From: Klebsormidium nitens
Taxonomy: Eukaryota > Plantae > Klebsormidiophyceae
Direction of reading: 5' to 3'
Length of the DNA: 64,000 nt
Assembly: GCA_000708835.1 (NCBI GenBank)
Contig: DF237401.1
Location: 12,166 to 76,165 of the forward strand
Part shown: positions 1 through 12,800 of the stretch, in pieces
How the letters are laid out: every line of letters starts with the position of its first letter
How positions within the stretch are numbered: position 1 is the first letter of the stretch
Program-made: the position numbers and the translations under genes
The notes under the pieces: model-generated
Seen by the model: the letters and a program-made list of their open reading frames with translations, nothing else
What the model was told of the DNA's origin: nothing
Database searches by the model: none

Positions 1-3000
1 CAGTCCCTGCGCCCCACGCAGAGCGGCCTCTCCCTCAACTTGGGTACGAGAGCGGAGCATACCGATAAAGGAACCTCTTCCGGCAAGCCCGGCTTGCTGC
101 AGCAATGCGCGAGAGCAATTGGCAGCATCCAAACCATCCTAATTGCTTCCGAGGATATACATTTTGGAATTGTTTCAAAGCCAAGCGCGTTTCTTCCTTC
201 CTTTGCTCACCCGCCTCCGCTGTCCTGCTTCCAGACACGCTGTCGACGGCTTTCTACGAGCCGGTGGACCTGGTGGAGTTCACGTCGCGCATGCTCAACC
301 GCAACGTCCGCCAAGTCCGCGCGCCGCTCAACGACGCCGATCGAGTCCGGGTGAGCGCGCGCACTGTGGCGCACATCCTGCACAGAAAATGGTCGAGAAG
401 AGAATAGAAGCTTTCACGACCAGGCAATGCCAAGTCTTCTGCTGCTTCCTCTGTCAAACCAAGAAAGCGCAGTGTTAAAGTCGATTGAGAGATTGAGATT
501 AGTTTTGGTCGCCATCGTAAAAGGACCCCGGTCCGGCTTGGTTCTGGTCTGGTGAACCTGTGTAACTCGATTCGTATGGTGGTGCATGCAGCTGAAGAAG
601 ACGCTGGTGGGCGTCAAGGTGGAGGTGACGCACCGTGGCGACGAGCGTCGCAAGTACCGCATCTCCGGGATCACCAACCAGCCCATCAGCCAACTCAGGC
701 AAGACGCCCAACTACAGCTACTCTGCCGCTCTTTCGCAGACTCCTGTCTATTTCGCTTTCTTTGAAAACGCTTGCGCTGGGTTGCGAGCTGTCGCAGAGA
801 AGCGAGTTCTCTGAGTCGGGTCTGGATTCCCCTTCCACTTGCCTCTTGCTGAGCCCCCGGGTGTGCCGTGCTCGCGCAGCTTCCCGATCGAGGGCCGCCA
901 GACGAGCGTGGTGGATTACTTCCGGCAGCAGTACAACTACGAGATCAAGTTCGACTGGCTGCCCGCCGTCACCGTGGGCCAGCAAAAGTCGTCCTACCTG
1001 CCCTTCGAGGTCTGCGTCATCGTGCCCGGCCAGGTGCGCGCGCGTACAAGCACCTTCCAGGCAGCCGTGGGAAAAGCGAGCGCTCAAGTCACAGCGTCGA
1101 GCCTTCTGATTGTGCACCTTCAGCAAGACAAGACCATGGTTGTGCTGCGGCTTTTACAATGCTCTTAAGTGACGCACTTCAAGACAACAGCTACTTCTGA
1201 TCGATATATGCTGTGACAGCAGCCGGTCTTCTTCTTCTGGCTGCTGACTTCGCCTGTGCTCTGCTGTTGCTTGTGTCCAGCGCTACTCCAAGAAGCTGTC
1301 GGACAAGCAGGTCACGGAGCTGCTGCGCGCCACGTGCCAGAGGCCGCACGAGAGGATGGGCGAGATCCAAAAGGTCAGAATGCGCAATGGCCAACCACCT
1401 ACTGAACAGCGGGGATTGTGGAATGGCCTGCCTGGTCGTTCCTTATGATACAAGTGAGAGGAGGAAAGTCCCTGTATGAATACATAAAACTGCAAAAGCT
1501 CAGGACGAACTGCGACTTGCGCCATGATTAGATCTTCCTTCCGCAATCTGACGATTGAAGACTGGCTGCCTTGCATTCTGACTCTGCCGTTCGTTTTGGG
1601 CAGATCGTGGACCGCAACAACTACAACAACGACCCGTACGTCAAGGAGTTCGGGCTGCACGTCAACCCCAAGATGGCCAACTTCGACGGCCGCATCCTTA
1701 ACCCGCCCAAGGTGAACGACAACCTGCATCCTTGAATCCGGCGGAAAGGTCCTGATCGGGTTCGTGGAGTAAGCTGTCCATTCAACCGAGAAGAAAGGAG
1801 CTGACTGCTATCGTTGTGAATATGCTTGCGTGTGAGTTCGCGTCCGACTCAGACGTAGCATTGCCTAACTTCAAGGAAATCCCGCTTTATTCTTTTTCGT
1901 CGTTCCCCTTGCTGTTCATCGTCTTCTGTTTCTGTCGTGACGTTTCGTTTTACGCTTGCCGTCTTTCTGCAGCTGGTGTTCGGGCGGAATGCGGAGGTGA
2001 TGCCGGTGATGGGCACGTGGAACATGGCCGGCAAGGTAAGTTGTGCTTCGAGAGGTTGAATTTAATGTGATTCTTTCTCCCTGTCTCACTACGGTGTCAC
2101 GCTCTCACGCGCACTCGTACCCACCTACAATAAAACCGTCCAGATCTTGCTTCGGCTGCTCTCGAGTGATACTCACAGAGTCCCTTGTTGCGCCTGACGT
2201 CACGCTTCGTTCTTTCTCGGCTGTGGTGCAGCAACTGGTGACGGGCAGCCAGTGCCCGACGTGGGTGCTCATCAACTTCTCCCCCGCGCGCTGGGTGGAC
2301 CCGGGGACCGCCAACCGCTTCGCCACCGCGCTCGCCAACACCTGCAACCAGCTGGGCATCGTAAGGCCCTCAAAAATCTTTCTGGATTTGGCTGTCATGA
2401 TTATTCTGGTGGATGTTAGCAACTTTTTGAAGCCGTCAAACTCAAAGGCCAGTATTGAGTTCAGGGGTCTACAATCTCCATGTCTGCTTTGATCAGTTAC
2501 AGGATGAGCACGTTGCGTCACTCTTACGAACACGCCTTGCGTTTCCACTGCACCTGGCTGATGCGATCTCCCGCGCTGACGTCACGCAGCAAATGGCGCG
2601 GCAGCCGGCGACGGGGACGGTGGCGGCGGACCGCGCGCTGCGCGACCCGGACCAGCTGGCATCCACGCTGCGCGGGGTGTGCGACGACCTGCGCAGCCGC
2701 AACGGGAAGATGCCGGACCTCCTCGTCTGCATCCTGCCCGACATCGGGCCCTTCTACGGTCAGCAACGCGGGCCCTGCGCAACCATTGGCTAGACTTCGC
2801 GGGCTGCTTTTCAGTCGTCAAAATTTGAGCTGGAACCGCATATTGCAGGGCCCGAATCTTGATTTGCAACTGTGAAAAAAGGTGCTTCACCTTTCCCATA
2901 GAAGATGGAGGCTGGCAGAAGTCCCGTACCGTACAAGAATCGGTCCGTAAAGACAGTGGACAAAATTCAAATCTAAGTTCCTATGATGTGAAGCCTCCTT

Positions 3001-6000
3001 GATTGCAAAGAGCGATCTCAATCGCACTCTTCCAGAACATCGGGAAATCACACCAGGAAAGAACCTGATATTGAGATCTTTTTGTTCGTTGACTTCGTAC
3101 TTAACGAACCGGGACTCTGAGCGCGCGGGTATGCATACAGGCGACATCAAGAAGGTGTGCGAGACGGAGATTGGCGTGCTGTCGCAGTGCGTGCTGAGCA
3201 AGCACGTGGGCAAGTGCCAGGCGCAGTACCTCTCCAACGTGGCGCTCAAAATCAATCTAAAGGTGACGGCCCCCCCTAACGGACTTGCCTTCGCGCTGGC
3301 TGCAGGTCAATCGATCTACACCCTAATGCTTGCATATAAAGTATCTGGAACATGGTGGTAATCCGAAACTGGCAAATGATCCGTTAAATGACGAAGCAAG
3401 CGCTCCGATCTGCCGAGATGCATCTTCCTTCGTTTCTGCAGCCACCATTTTCGCATATTTGCATCTGGAGGTTAAGAAGCCAGTTTCTCGTGCGCAATTT
3501 ATCTTTGGTTTTTCGGCGCGCAGCTGGGCGGCCGCAACTTCTTGATGGCGGACGAGTACGCGAAGAAGCTGCCCATGGTGTCCGACAAGCCGACCATCGT
3601 CTTCGGGGCGGGGCTCACGCACGCGCACCCGGGGGAGGAGTCCGCCTCCATGTCCGCGGTGCGCGCGCGCCATCTGTCACCTGAGACACCTTTCCGTTTT
3701 GCCGGGATCCCGTTTGTTGAAATTTTTCCCACGAAAATGTTGGAAATTTGTCTTTGTAATTCCAAGTTTTGTGTGCGTATGATTACCCAAAGCTCTTGTT
3801 TCACGAATCCAAGAGGATAGCAATGGTCAATGGTCAATGGTCAATGGTCAGAAGATCTTTGTTCTGCCGGTTGTTTTCCATCTTCCAGCATGCCCAATCG
3901 CACCCTTTTCAACCGCTTCCCCGCCGTCTCTTCGCAGGTGGTAGGCAGCGTGGACTGGCCGTACGTAAACCGGTACCAGTGCCGCGTGAGCAGCCAGCCC
4001 GCGCGGCTGGAAATCCTGCAGGACCTGTACACGTGCAAGCGCACCGCGGGCGGCCAGATGCAGCACGGCGGGGTCATCCGCGAGCTGCTCATCGCCTTCT
4101 ACCAGGCCACCGGCCAGAAGCCCGCGCGCGTCATCTTCTTCCGGTCAGCCCGCGTCAGCCGGTTCCAATATCCGACGTTTCGGCTCTCTGAGCTGGCAAT
4201 AACTGATTTTGCGTGCTGCTCGAAGGCAGCCCTCAGGCCTGCCGTTCAGAAGTGCGGTTCTTAAGAAGCAAGTTGTGCATACCATTGAACACCACGAAAG
4301 CTTCAAGAATGTCAAGACGGAACGGATCTTAACGGTATATCTTTTCCATCGACCGGCTGTTCTTTGCGTGCAGGGACGGTGTGAGCGAGGGACAGTTCCA
4401 GCACGTGCTTATGTATGAGCTGGACGCGATCCGCAGGGTAAGACGGCTTCGCTTCGAAACGAGACTGGACTGTTTGCAACGTGCAGGGGGCTCGTCTGAT
4501 CGAAAACATCTTGAATCCGTGGCGGGGCATCACGCGTATGAGATGCTGAGGAACTTTTGGAGGTCACTGAGAGCAATGAGCGCTTTTGATACGTCTCTGT
4601 TGTACGTCCTCAATCCTTCGTTAGATCCTATTACAATTGACACGTCACAGGAGGCACTTAAAATCCTTTGATACTATCTTTAAAAGCTGTCGAATCGAAC
4701 TTCGGCGCTCTTCTGCAGGCGTGCGCGAGTCTGGAGGCTGGGTATCAGCCGACGGTGACCTGGATCGTGGTCCAGAAGCGGCACCACCTGCGCCTCTTCC
4801 CGGGCGACCAGAACAAGGACCGCAGCGGCAACACCGTGCCCGGTAAATATCGTTGAAAGGACATATTTCTTGTTGGGGAAAGAAGTCTATGCTTTTCTGC
4901 TCAACTTCTGATCATCTTTTCCTCCTGTTGAACAATCTGGCCTGTCTCTGTCTGCACGTTTGAGGTGATTCACTCTGAACCCCTGACCTTTAAGGGTTCG
5001 AGCATCGTTGCGTCGTCTTCTGCCGCGCTCACCAGTACCCAGACGCCCACTTTGCCGCGACCCTTCCCCCGCTGACTCGTGCTGCCTCCCGTGTGCGCGC
5101 GCAGGCACGGTGGTGGACACGACGGTGTGCCATGTGCGCGAGTGGGACTACTATTTGTGCAGCCACGCGGGCATCCAGGGCACGAGCCGGCCGACGCACT
5201 ACCACGTGCTGGCGGACGAGAACGGCTTCAGCACGGACCAGCTGCAGAACATCACCAACAGCCTCTGCTACACCTACCAGCGCTGCACGCGCTCCGTCTC
5301 CATCGGTCAGCGCCGCGACCCAGCGCCTTTCGGTCGCATTCTAGACTCTTTGTGCTTCATCTTCCGACGGAGAATATGTTGTCTTTTCTTGTCACCGAGC
5401 AGTAAGTCTACGGCATCTTTGGAAGTGATGAAAACCGAGTGCGGCTCGGTAATTGCGGCTCGATCAGTGGAGCGCCGCGATCGGCGCGGCTTGCTGAGCC
5501 CATCCCTGGTTGGCTGATGCGTTTCTGTCCAGCTTCTGAGAACAAGTCAGGGGCTTGGGTGCAAGCTTTAGTTATGGGAGTTTGAGCTCAGAATATAATA
5601 CGTGGTCGAGAGCTCAACGCCCCTCATTAGGCGAAAGCCTGAAGACATCATCATTCAGTGATCGTTTGATTCTGAAGTATCCATCCTTCTCCGAGTTTAG
5701 CCGAGAAGGTTTTCGTGGCGCGAGATCGTCTTGCACCATCTAGATTTCTAGGAAGGTCCTGCGAGAGACCAACAAAATCCTCACATCAACAGCTTCTGCA
5801 CTCTTCTGCCATTAAGCCTTATCTTCTTGGCCTCACGATCGTTGTGGCGAGCATACGTATCCATGCATTTGTTTCAGTGGCTTCTTTCTGGTGCGCGCAG
5901 TCCCGCCGGTGTACTACGCAGGCCTGGGCGCTTTCAGGGCCAAGTTTTACCTGGAAGGCGGAGAAAGCAGTGGCGGAGAAAGCAGCAGCGGCATCAGCGC

Positions 6001-6109
6001 TACGGGGGGCGCCCCCAGCGCGCGCACGAGCACCGGCAGAAGCTCGCGCGCGCCCGCGCCCATGCCGCCGCTCAAGGAAAACATCAAGAAGACAATGTTT
6101 TTCTGCTGA
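1..6109 (+). CDS. AGO: Argonaute protein, 5'-partial (L1-PAZ-L2-MID-PIWI), AGO1/5/10-like C-terminus, catalytic tetrad degenerate
   Basis: Phase-consistent exons: 1-43, 235-350, 592-698, 880-1033, 1281-1373, 1604-1711, 1973-2035, 2232-2360, 2590-2758, 3141-3262, 3524-3658, 3938-4143, 4374-4437, 4719-4842, 5105-5305, 5901-6109 (2043 nt). Motifs: [17 protein letters not shown] (PAZ), [22 protein letters not shown] (MID), [50 protein letters not shown]-terminal [12 protein letters not shown]. Intron 699-879 is GC-AG. Confidence 0.97.
3821..3848 (+). repeat. (CAATGGT)4 heptamer microsatellite in an AGO intron
   Basis: Four exact tandem copies read directly. Confidence 0.9.
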
Positions 6110-7308
6110 GGAGAGTCACGGGAGGACCTCGGTCAAACGGTTTAGGAAAAGTTTGATGGGCTGTTTATGGAGAAAGAAGCTGATCAAGGATGAAAGGCTG
6201 GCATGGCAAGCAACGGATTACGCGGCGTGTGCCCTTTGTTGACCGGTCGGCCAGATGAATGAACCCACCGTAGCTGAGGTGAGTGTAGATCGTAACAAGT
6301 GAAAACGGGAGTCTGGGAGGGATTCTACTGGTACGTTGGTTTATATGCTTAATCGGAACTAGTTTCGATGGACTAGAAGCGAGTAGAAAATGGTGATTGG
6401 GTATGTGGGCCGTGAGAAGATCAGGCTTAACGAAGCAGGTGTACAGTTAGCCGCTGATTGAGTGGAAAGTTGAGGACACACGAGCTCGTACTGTGACTGG
6501 TCTTGTATACTAGATAACTTTGCCTGCAACATGTACATATTCCGCTTCTCTTTGAAGTCAGCAATTATAAATAGGTTCTTTGACGCGGGGAAGCATCGTG
6601 GACCGTTGGTTGAGGCTCCTCGACTAAGCAGCCAGCCCATTGAGGTGCAGTTATGGCTGCCACTTACTTTCAGTGTCAATGCTGTGGAAAAGGTTGAGAG
6701 TCAAGCCATACCTTCGCTTAAATAGATGAGTATTCTCATGCAGCTGGATGCACCGCAAATTCATGCTCTGCGGGAATGCAGATGATCCGATGGAGTTCAC
6801 TGCTTGGCAGGTTTGGCTCTTGAATAGCCGCCCCTTGTTCTGGCAGCGAGAGTATGGATGCAAGCAGTCGTGAAAAAGCAGAGCTTACCTCGTGTATTCT
6901 TGAATGCATGTAAATCGTTCGCCGGCGCTGATCCTAAAAGCTTGTGGCGGTTGTATACGTGTACCTGAACTTGACTATAATATAATCAGTTCTTTGAACG
7001 CTCAGCAAAGGTTTTGCAAGAACCTTCGTGGCTGAACAACGGCTCAGGTAATGCAGAAACTGATAAAAGAGGATTGTAAGTTCTCCGATCAGAGTCTCGA
7101 AGTCCCTTTTGGCATTGTCTTGCCCTGGTCGTGTTGCGTGCGACGAGCAAGGCCTTGTTCACGCGGCAATTCTGAGGCGGGCCGGTGCGGCCGTCGGATG
7201 TGCCACGTGACAGCATCGGACGGCAGGACCTGGGTCCGCTCCACCTGCCCACAAAATGTGCGGCACAGGGTTGGACGCCTTTATATGGACAAAGAAGCCG
7301 CACTTCTG

Positions 7309-8322
7309 CAACGCCAGAGGCGTACAAGGGCTGAGCCTTAGGTCAGGGCCGCGCCCTGTGATAGGTCGGTAGCTGTAGGTTCCGGGCTGTGCCCGGTAGT
7401 CAGACCGTGTCTGCTCAGGGCCGAGCCCTGCTCAAAACACAAACACTTTTGCTGCTCTTCTTGAAATCCTTTTGTACCTCCATACAAGGATAGAGTTCTG
7501 AACAGTTGGTGCCGTCTTGCAGAGTTCTCGTCTATCCTGGATATTCAATTGATCGAGATACTTTCAAGCGAACAGAGCCTCGTCACTTGTCTGCATAATT
7601 TGACACCTGTCTCCTGAGTGTTCTAGCACAATTCCGCTGGCTTCGTGGTTTGCTTTTGTTCAAAGCTAGGACACACATATGCATTGATGATGCAAGAAGC
7701 CAGGGAGATTGATTTCTTGATGCACGAGGATGAACATCGACGGGCCCTAACATAATGCAGCAGGACAGCAAAGCCCCGGCCTGCTCCATTGCGCTAGTAT
7801 CCTGGGCGCTGCTCAAAAGGGAATTCTCTTTGGTGCAGCGGCAGCCCTGAAGAAGTGCACATCCTGTGCTAAGAGTAGGGTCCAATATCAAAGCCCTGAG
7901 GATTTTGGTTTTGCTCGGGTCTGCTCGGGGAGATGGAAGAATTTTGCGGTCGACTAAGCATACCATCTGTCAGAACGGGTGGCTCGTGAGAACGAGACTC
8001 GCAGCCAATGGAAAGCAGATGCATTCGAGAATCTCTTGAGCAGGACATAGCTTGCCGGGCAAAGGCGCTTGCGTAAGCTTACGAAAAATCAGTTTGATTA
8101 AGGGTCTGCTTGAGTGTGCCCTGCTTAACAAGTGAGGCGGGCAAATGAGGTTTGAGAAAAGGGGCAGATGGTGTGTGAGAGGGTGGGAACAGGCCGGCTC
8201 TACCCTGGTGAGGGAGGCACTCCTGAGCAGGGCTCTGCCAGCTGGCAGCCGGGGGTTTTCCCCTTATCTATACAGGGCTCAGCCCTGCATTAGGAAGCTT
8301 TGCTTAGACGCCTCTGGCGTTG
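7309..8322. mobile_element. Putative non-autonomous DNA transposon (MITE-like; hAT-like CAGGG inner termini)
   Basis: Perfect 15-bp inverted repeat at 7309-7323/8308-8322. Inner palindromes CAGGGC-N3-GCCCTG at 7344-7358, 7416-7430 and 8273-8287. A 13/14 inverted match at 7421-7434/8224-8237. The 8-mers outside the inner ends (ccttaggt / cattagga) match at 6/8. No intact transposase ORF seen inside. Confidence 0.55.
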
Positions 8323-9858
8323 ATTAGCTTGTGCTGGGAAACGAGCGTTGCATATGCCCTCAGAGAATGCGTCTTCAGGCTCGTGGGACTGGTTGTTCCA
8401 GAAGATCTTTGCCGTTCAGTCATGCCTGCAAATGGCAGGTCTGACGGCTCAATCAATACGACGCGCCCGCAAATGCGAGGACCGCTGCTCAAAAAAGAGG
8501 TTCAAGACAACGGAACCCCGTCTGCTGAGAAGGAGAAGAGGCGAAGCAGGGCAGGATGTTGGTGGCAGGAAGTTCTTAAAAAAGAAAATGTTCGGCTTAT
8601 AATCCGAGCAGCCTCTTGTACGAGCTTGGGCTCTCGTTGATGCCCAGCGGACATGTCCCGCAAGATTTGACGCTCGAATCGAGTTCTTTTAGATGACGTA
8701 GTATTGTGGGCGCATCGAGGAGACTCTCTGCAGCTGGATCTACAAGCAAGTACGCACTCAGCCGCATTCGAAGTCAGTTTGTGAGTTAGCTTTATCAACT
8801 TTAGTGACCTGATTCAAGTGCTGAGGGAAGCGTCTTGGAAGTGCTTCACACGTCTTAAATTCTCCGGTTTCTTTTTGATAAATAATCTATGAAGGTACGG
8901 TCCGGAAGAAACAACGCATAATAGGTCAGGACTACAGCGGACCATGTGCTTTGAGGACCCGCGATTCTGTCACATGCAGCTGCCTGCTTCGCCGTTTCGT
9001 CGCGCAGGGTATCAAGTGCAACATATTTATCTACGACACTCAACTGATTTCGGCCCAGGCTGAGGCACCAGTCGAAAAGGCGATCCTACCGCTAAACGTT
9101 TCCATGCTATTAGAGGCAATCGAGCCAGCTGTTCCACTCAGAAATGCCACCTCAGATGATCGACTATAAGATGATTTTGGGAAATCAGACATTTGATTTG
9201 TGGTAGAACGGTGGTTAGAAATGGTCATGTAAACCATGGCGGCAGATTATTGCACGCCTTCAGATGAAGACCGCGCCAGCACTGCGATCCACCTCACTTC
9301 TGAATGTACGGTGCATTCTGCACATTACTTTCCGTACCTTACCGCCCCCGCCATGCGGAGAGCGAGTGGTGGCAAATTTGACGCCCGAGCCGGGTCAAAG
9401 TGTTGAGTATGACTTTCGGCCCGTGCGAAAAGCGTGAGAAGATATCACATCTTGAGGTATGTAGAGGTTCAGGAAATTGTACAAGTCAAATCATTAAAAC
9501 CTACTGTACCTCCAATGGCTTTTGAGGCAAACATGATGTAAAGGCGCGCGTTGTATCGCGAGCGCGACTGCTCCACATGCGTTGATCAAAATGTAGAGGG
9601 TCCCGATGCATTTTCACACTACCTCTGCGTCCTATCACATCATTTGACTATTCAATGGGCCGATTTTAACCTGACACAGGTCACAGCATTCAAATGAGCA
9701 CAATTGCTCGTAACTTCCAACGACATGTCAACCTCAACCTTACCACGTTTCCATCACTGCCGGCTTCACCCGTCTGCGCGGATCTGTACAACCGTCCTTT
9801 TAACTACTGCAATCAAACCCAATGCTCAGGGCTTTCTCGAGCCCCGCCACCCGGTGCG

Positions 9859-12800
9859 CTAGTCCTCGTCCTCGTCTTCCTCTTCCGCGTGCAGCGCCCG
9901 CTTGGCGGTTTCGAAGACGACCCAGGAGAGGCCGGCGACGGGCACGACCTGCGCCACCTGCGCGCCGACGCCCTTGTACAGCCCGGCCACGCCCTCCGTG
10001 CGCACCACGCCGCGCACCGCCTCCACCACGTTGCGGTACGCCGCGTTGGCCGCCTTGCCCGTCTCCACCGCGGGCAGCACGCTCACGCTCACCTGCGGGA
10101 ATACCGGGACAAACGTGAACAACGCGCAGAGGAAAAATCGAGGATTCAAGGAGGATTTGCGAAGGCAACGGCGGCAGCAATTGGCAGGCTCTGCTTCGCC
10201 TGATCTGAGCAGCAGAATGAGGTTCCTGCATTTACTGTCTTGATTGAGAGGCGATAAAGATGGGTCTCGAATCATCAACGCTGAAAACCGTTCAACGCGT
10301 CCCCTTATGAACCTCTTCACCCTTAAGACATCGATGAACTCTTGAGCAATTTGAGATGCACAGGCCATCGTCAGGCAATACAAGATGCCGTCATAAAAAG
10401 TCACTTGGGGTTGCGGCGCGAGTACAGCAGCGGCGGACCGCCACCAGATTAGTGCGTACCTGCTTGCGGGCGACCTCGAGCGGATAGGTCGCCAGCTGGC
10501 TGACCGCCCCCGCCGTGGCGCCGAAGAGGAGGGTGTACCCAGCGGGGACCTGCACGCACGGGCAGAACAGACACTTCGATTGAGTTCTACCGATAAACAA
10601 CCTAGACTGAGATTGCTCACACAGAAGCAGGCCAAGTAACAGTTGCGAGTGTGACGGCAGCTTCTGTCAGCGACAGATTACACTGGCAGCGGCGGCGCGC
10701 TCACGTGCTTGCGGCCTGTCCTCTTGCGGTAGCGCTCCTTGAGCGTGTCGTAGGTGTAGTAGTTGACGGCGGACTGCGGCACGATGCCCAGCAGCGCGGG
10801 CACCACGCCACGGTATAGCGCGGGGAGGCCGCCCTCGTGGAGCATCACCTCCCGGAGCGCGTCGCCGAAACCCTTGTACTTCTCGGGCTGCATAAGACAA
10901 GAGGGCGTGAGGGTCAGCCTGGGTTAGCATGAACGTAGTAACGGATGTCGTGAAGTCCTGGCTAGCAGTGTTGCTTTCCAAAGCCTATGGCCAAGACGTT
11001 GACACCGCTGGTATCGTTAACGTAGATGTCTTAGTACGGTGTGCTTCATTCAGTCGAACCAAGAGAACAATCGGCTTTACGAGCCCATGCCTCATAACTG
11101 TTTCCATTCGATTCATTGTGCCATGTCATTGGTCAAAACCGCCTGGGATGGCACGAGCACCTATGAAGAAAAGCTTCAACTGGAATTGAACGACCAGATT
11201 TCTTCGCTCTTCTTGCACCATCCGAAGCTGCTCCCTTGAGCTGCCGCACTAGCCCCCAAGATGCATTGCAAGGAAGCGGTTGGGGAAAGCGCCCAGAGGA
11301 AAGGCGACAACAGAAGATGCGAAACTGCACCTTAAGCAACACTCTCCGCTCACCATGACGAGGACGCGGTCCTTGAGCGTCTCGAAGGGGTACGCGACCA
11401 GCGTGTTGGCCAGCCCCGCGGCCATGCCCGCCCACGTGGACTCTGGCACCTGGCGCGGCAGCTTATCCAGCAGCGGGATCTGGTGGTCGCCGGGCCGCCC
11501 GCGCCGCTTCAGCTTGGCCTTCACCTTCTCGTACGTCACCAGCTGCACCAAAGAGGGATTGTACAGTTTACAAAGAGAAGTCGAGAAAGGACGAAGCAAG
11601 AGATTGCTGCAGAGGCAGGACACTGAGAGTCGACGAATGGCTAGCTTGAGTGAGGCCTCTGGTTGGGCGGCAGAAGAGAGCGAAGGACAACAAAATCCAA
11701 CTAATTTTGTAGGATTATGAAGCTCCGAAAATAGGCCAGGCGATTTTTGGATCCACAAGGTGGCTGTCTCGATGTTGCGGATTTAGATGTTCATCGATGG
11801 ACGACCTCAGTTTTTCACCGTGATGGAGTTTGCCAAGCAACAGGAATCAACGGAAAAGTACAGGAAGCTGAACAATCGATTTGTGGTCAGCCTTTTCATA
11901 ATGTGAATTCAAAAGCGCTACTCTCGCTGGGGGCGCACCTCGACCGACTTGGTGAGCGCGACCCTAAGAACATTGATGCCGAAGGAGCCGGTGGTCTGCT
12001 TGATCGGCCAGTTGCGACCGCTCTTGCGGTTGAGCGTCTTGACCACTTCCTTCACGTTGTCCCCCGCTCGGCCCCCCAGCAGCTTAGTCCGCACCACTTC
12101 CAGGGGCGTGGCCGCGGTTTGGGCAATCGCACCTGCACACAACAGGCACGGCGAGCTTGAAGGCTTGCTGATCGACAGAGTAGAAACCATGTGAACAGAC
12201 GTAGAAACAGCTGCGAGTGCCAGCAATTCCTTGCCTGGAACACGCTTCGAAGTACGAACAACACCCGGAAGAAGCCTTGTCGACAGCTCGTGGTAAATGG
12301 CAAAACGACAAGACTAGCACCCAACAAACACAATTCTGGGACGAGAGACTCGAAAGAGGAGCAGCTATCCCACCTGCAATCCCGCCTGCCAGTAGCTCCT
12401 TGACAGTCTTGCTGTGGATGCTGATGAAGGGCGTCTCCACGCGTTTTACTGTCACGCGCACGTCGTCACCCACCACGTCACGCGTCCGCTCCAGTGCGTG
12501 CTTCGCACCCTGCGCCACCTCCTGCAATCATTTAATGGGCCTCAGTGCCGCTCAATGGAAATCCAATGCTTGCGGGCAGGGCGGCAGAATTGATAATATG
12601 AGGCGGCTTCTTTGCTGGTCAATTGGACTATACCAATAACAGATTCAAAATACTCCACCGATCTCACAAACGTGGAAGAGAAAGTCACCCGTATCGGAGA
12701 AAATCAGAAAACATTCCGAGCGAACCTCTCACGAAACGTTGAAGCACCGATAGGATGTGCGGAACATTGGTACAGAAAGGGCCTGAAAACCTGGAGCCCT

